A DNA stretch of 64,000 nt. Origin: an uncultured bacterium. Its GTDB lineage: Bacteria; Desulfobacterota_D; UBA1144; Nemesobacterales; UBA2774. Where the stretch lies: the NCBI GenBank assembly GCA_963825135.1, contig CAWGRW010000009.1:1481410-1545409 (forward strand), read 5' to 3'. Every line of letters begins with the position of its first letter. The stretch's first letter is position 1. A program made the translations under genes and the position numbers. The notes beneath the pieces are model-generated. The model did not search any database. It was not told the DNA's origin and was given only the letters and a program-made list of their open reading frames with translations. Of the stretch, positions 61,128 through 64,000 are shown piece by piece.

Positions 61128-62561
61128 TCAGTAATTGAGATTGACCACCATGAGTTTCAGTTCGGTCATCTCCTCGATCGCGTACCGGACGCCTTCCTTC
61201 CCGACGCCCGAGTCCTTGACCCCCCCGTAGGGCATGTTCTCGACCCTGAAGCTCGGATAGTCGTTCACGACCACCCCTCCTACATCGAGCGCGCTGTAGG
61301 CCTTAAACGCCTTCTTGATGTCCTTGGTAAAGACCCCTGCCTGTAGCCCGTAGCGTGAGTCGTTGACGGCCTTAAGGGCCTCGTCGAAATCCCAGTACCT
61401 CTCTACGTGCACGACCGGCCCGAACACCTCGCCCTTGCTGACGTCGCATCCGGGGGGCACGCCCGTCAGTATCGCGGGCTCGATGAGAGAGCCCTCCCTC
61501 TTCCCGCCCGTAAGGAGCGTCGCTCCCCTGTCTATTGCGTCCTCTATCCACGCCATTATCCTGTCGGCTGACGCCGCGTCTATGACCGGGCCCACGTCCG
61601 TGTCCTCGAGCATCGGGTCGCCCAGCCTTAACTTTCTGGTCTCTTCGACGAATTTGCTTATGAACCTGTCGAATATCTTTTCATGCACATACATCCTCTG
61701 CACGGATATGCAGCTTTGACCGGCCTGGTAAAATGCGCCCCACGCGTTCCTGCTCGCGGCGAAATCGAGGTCGGGCGGGTCCTCGTCTATTATGGTCGCA
61801 GCGTTGCCCCCGAGCTCGAGCGTAACCTTCTTTTTCGGATATTTCCTTTTGAGCTCCCACCCTATGGCGTCGCTCCCGGTGAATGAGACCTTCTTCACTC
61901 TGTCGTCGTCTATCACGGCCTCTATCTCCGCGCCGGGCACGGGCAATATATTGAGCAGTCCGTCGGGCAGTCCCGCCTCGCTGACGACCTCTCCCAGCAT
62001 AAGCGCAGAGAGCGGGGTCTGGGACGCGGGCTTGAGCACCATCGCGTTCCCCGACGCTATCGACGGGGCGACTTTATGTGCGACGAGGTTGAGCGGGAAA
62101 TTAAACGGGGATATGCCTATGACGACCCCTAACGGAAAGCGTCTCGCCAACCCGAACATCCCATCGCTTCCGGGCGCTATGTCGATCGGGATAACCTCGC
62201 CTTCGGAGGTCCTGTTCGCTTCCTCGGCCGCGACGGAGAATGTCGTTACGGCGCGGCCCACCTCGACCCTCGCTGTCTTAAGCGGTTTTCCCCCTTCGAG
62301 CACGAGCGTCCTGGCGAACTCCTCTTTCCTCGCGGCGATCCCCTCGGCTATTTTTCTCAATATACCGCTACGCTTGTGGCTCGGGCTTTCTCTCCATTTC
62401 CCGTACGCGCTCTCGGCCGGACCTATTGAGCCTATAGCGGTCTCGCGGTCGGGGACGCTCACTATTCCGGCGGTCTCTCCGTTATAGGGGCTTCTTATCT
62501 CCCTCTTCTTTCTGCCTTTCAGCCACTTGCCGTTTATGAGGTATCCGTATTCCTTGGGCAT
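61128..62561 (-). CDS. NAD(P)-dependent aldehyde dehydrogenase
   Basis: 477 aa; ALDH motifs (…VTLELGGNAATII…, catalytic Cys in …YQAGQSCISVQRMYV…, …FTGSDAIG…). Confidence 0.9.
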   Translation of the reverse strand: MPKEYGYLINGKWLKGRKKREIRSPYNGETAGIVSVPDRETAIGSIGPAESAYGKWRESPSHKRSGILRKIAEGIAARKEEFARTLVLEGGKPLKTARVEVGRAVTTFSVAAEEANRTSEGEVIPIDIAPGSDGMFGLARRFPLGVVIGISPFNFPLNLVAHKVAPSIASGNAMVLKPASQTPLSALMLGEVVSEAGLPDGLLNILPVPGAEIEAVIDDDRVKKVSFTGSDAIGWELKRKYPKKKVTLELGGNAATIIDEDPPDLDFAASRNAWGAFYQAGQSCISVQRMYVHEKIFDRFISKFVEETRKLRLGDPMLEDTDVGPVIDAASADRIMAWIEDAIDRGATLLTGGKREGSLIEPAILTGVPPGCDVSKGEVFGPVVHVERYWDFDEALKAVNDSRYGLQAGVFTKDIKKAFKAYSALDVGGVVVNDYPSFRVENMPYGGVKDSGVGKEGVRYAIEEMTELKLMVVNLNY

Positions 62562-62598
62562 TACACCGCTCCTATCCTGTGTTGCGAGTTATCGATTA

Positions 62599-63534
62599 TT
62601 ATAAGGCCTGTTGAACCCTTACTCTATCCCGGTCGAGAATATTTATTGGTGATTGATATGAGGAGGGGATTCCGTATCCGGAATCTAGATTTCGAGTATA
62701 TCGAGCCTTGCACTTTTCCTTTATAATCCCTTTGTCGTAAGCCCTGTTGAAGAAATATTCGAGCGCGGCCTTTCCTCTCTCCCCGAGTCCTAGCGTGTAT
62801 TCGTTTACGTACATAAGCACGAATTTCTCCCCGACGTCCTCGCCGATACCCCTGCCGTATTTCATTGCGTATTCGAGCGCTTCTTTTTTGTGCGCCAGCC
62901 CGTACTCGATGCTCTCCTTATGGGCCCTCAGAATCTCCCTCTGAAGCCCCTCTCCTATGTCCCTCTTCACGACGTTAAGCCCGAGAGGGAGCGGGAGCGC
63001 CGTGTCTTTCGCCCAGAGCTCGCCTATGTCGAATAGCATGTGAAGCCCGGCGTCCTTATACGTGAGCTGTCCCTCGTGTATGAGGAGCCCGGTCTCTATA
63101 TCCCCCCTCGCGACTGAGGGCATTATCTCGTCAAACGGCATCTCAACTGGTATGAATCCGTCGGCGAATATGGAGAGGAGGAGGTAAGCGGAGGTGAGCT
63201 TTCCCGGCACTCCTATCTCTTTTCCTTCGAGGCTCGTTACGGGCTCTTTCGAAACCACTATCGGCCCGTATCCCTCTCCCATGCTCGCCCCGCAGGACAT
63301 GATTCTGTAATCGTCCTGTACTTTCAGGTATCCGTGCGCGGAGATTGCGGTAGTTTCAAGTTCTTTATTGAGCGCGCGCAAGTTCAGGGATTGAATGTCT
63401 TCTATCACGTGCTCGAAATCGATCTTGTCCGAAGTCACTTTGCCTGAGGCTATGCCGTAAAACATGAAGGCGTCGTCCGGGTCGGGGCTGTGTCCGAGTC
63501 TCATCGTTATCTTGCTCAATCTGATTCCCTCCAA
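62599..63534 (-). CDS. mqnD: Menaquinone biosynthesis (futalosine pathway) MqnA/MqnD-family protein; most likely MqnD (1,4-dihydroxy-6-naphthoate synthase)
   Basis: N-terminus …RLGHSPDPDDAFMFYGIA… resembles the MqnD motif (SPCPNDTFIFYAL) of the PF02621 periplasmic-binding-like fold. 311 aa. Confidence 0.65.
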   Translation of the reverse strand: MEGIRLSKITMRLGHSPDPDDAFMFYGIASGKVTSDKIDFEHVIEDIQSLNLRALNKELETTAISAHGYLKVQDDYRIMSCGASMGEGYGPIVVSKEPVTSLEGKEIGVPGKLTSAYLLLSIFADGFIPVEMPFDEIMPSVARGDIETGLLIHEGQLTYKDAGLHMLFDIGELWAKDTALPLPLGLNVVKRDIGEGLQREILRAHKESIEYGLAHKKEALEYAMKYGRGIGEDVGEKFVLMYVNEYTLGLGERGKAALEYFFNRAYDKGIIKEKCKARYTRNLDSGYGIPSSYQSPINILDRDRVRVQQAL

Positions 63535-63543
63535 TCGTTCTTG

Positions 63544-64000
63544 CTATCGTGAATATATCTTGATTCGGGAAATTTCTTCGGACTCGCCCAGACGGGATAG
63601 ATATTCGCTGTATCTGCCGATCGCTTCGATCTCCCTTTCGCCGAGACCGTACTTTATCCTTTCAGTCAGATATTTATAGCATACGCCCTCGTTGATTCCC
63701 GTCCTCACCGACTCGGTCTTCGCTATTTCGCCTGTAATGCCGAGCCCGTAGTCCCTGGATTTATGGAGCGCGTCCAGGTTCCGTCCCAGATCCACGCCCT
63801 CGTTTACCGCGAAGACGGCGTATACGAAAGGGAGTCCGGTCTCTCCGGTCCATATCTCCCCCAGGTCATGGACGTCATAACCCCGGGGAGGGGTATGGGT
63901 CAATTCGAGCCCCGTATCACCGATTATCATCCCCGCATCGACGTCTATTAAAAAGTCCTTGCCCGTTTCTCTCGGGTAGTAGGCCGGGGACAGGCCGTTA
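63544..64000 (-). CDS. mqnA: MqnA/MqnD-family protein, probably MqnA (chorismate dehydratase). 5' end beyond the window edge.
   Basis: …LGEIWTGETGLPFVYAVFAVNE… matches the MqnA C-terminal motif (W…TGLPFVFA.WA). The frame stays open upstream of the track ORF start to the window edge, so the gene is truncated by the window. Confidence 0.55.
   Translation of the reverse strand, partial: NGLSPAYYPRETGKDFLIDVDAGMIIGDTGLELTHTPPRGYDVHDLGEIWTGETGLPFVYAVFAVNEGVDLGRNLDALHKSRDYGLGITGEIAKTESVRTGINEGVCYKYLTERIKYGLGEREIEAIGRYSEYLSRLGESEEISRIKIYSR

Overview
This 64 kb window is a high-GC (roughly 58-60%) bacterial chromosomal segment. It reads as a diderm (Gram-negative-type) organism: TamB and YdbH-like AsmA-family proteins, an outer-membrane beta-barrel ending in aromatic-x-Phe, RlpA, SecDF-YajC and several lipoproteins. 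Both strands are densely coding. Most genes are housekeeping: carB 3' end, greA, birA, dapB, dapF, tgt-yajC-secD-secF, pheS, dcd, gyrB, sucD, an IDH-family dehydrogenase, nuoG-nuoH, cstA, an H+-pyrophosphatase and an amino-acid permease. Two tandem PilA-type type IVa pilin genes resemble Myxococcus/deltaproteobacterial PilA, and each has a sigma-54-type promoter. Together with a futalosine-pathway mqnA/mqnD pair and the H+-PPase, this suggests a Deltaproteobacteria-like or related lineage; that is an inference, not proven. I found no rRNA, tRNA, CRISPR array, transposase or integrase. The most unusual locus is a minus-strand operon at 18.1-21.9 kb. It encodes a protein with an N-terminal PqqD-like peptide-recognition (RRE) domain fused to a MEMO1/AmmeMemoRadiSam-B-like domain, an orphan hydantoinase-B/oxoprolinase-B subunit translationally coupled to it, and an M19 membrane dipeptidase. 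I read this as a candidate undescribed peptide-modifying or lactam-opening system. Other points of interest: a YdbH-YnbE/YdbL-like module followed by an OM beta-barrel gene; a tandem array of hairpin (REP-like) repeats sitting where pheT would be expected after pheS; a gamma-glutamylcyclotransferase-like domain fused to an FGase-like amidase domain; an isolated nuoG-nuoH pair; and a CofC-like nucleotidyltransferase next to futalosine genes. All calls come from reading the translated ORFs and motifs by eye. No database searches were run.
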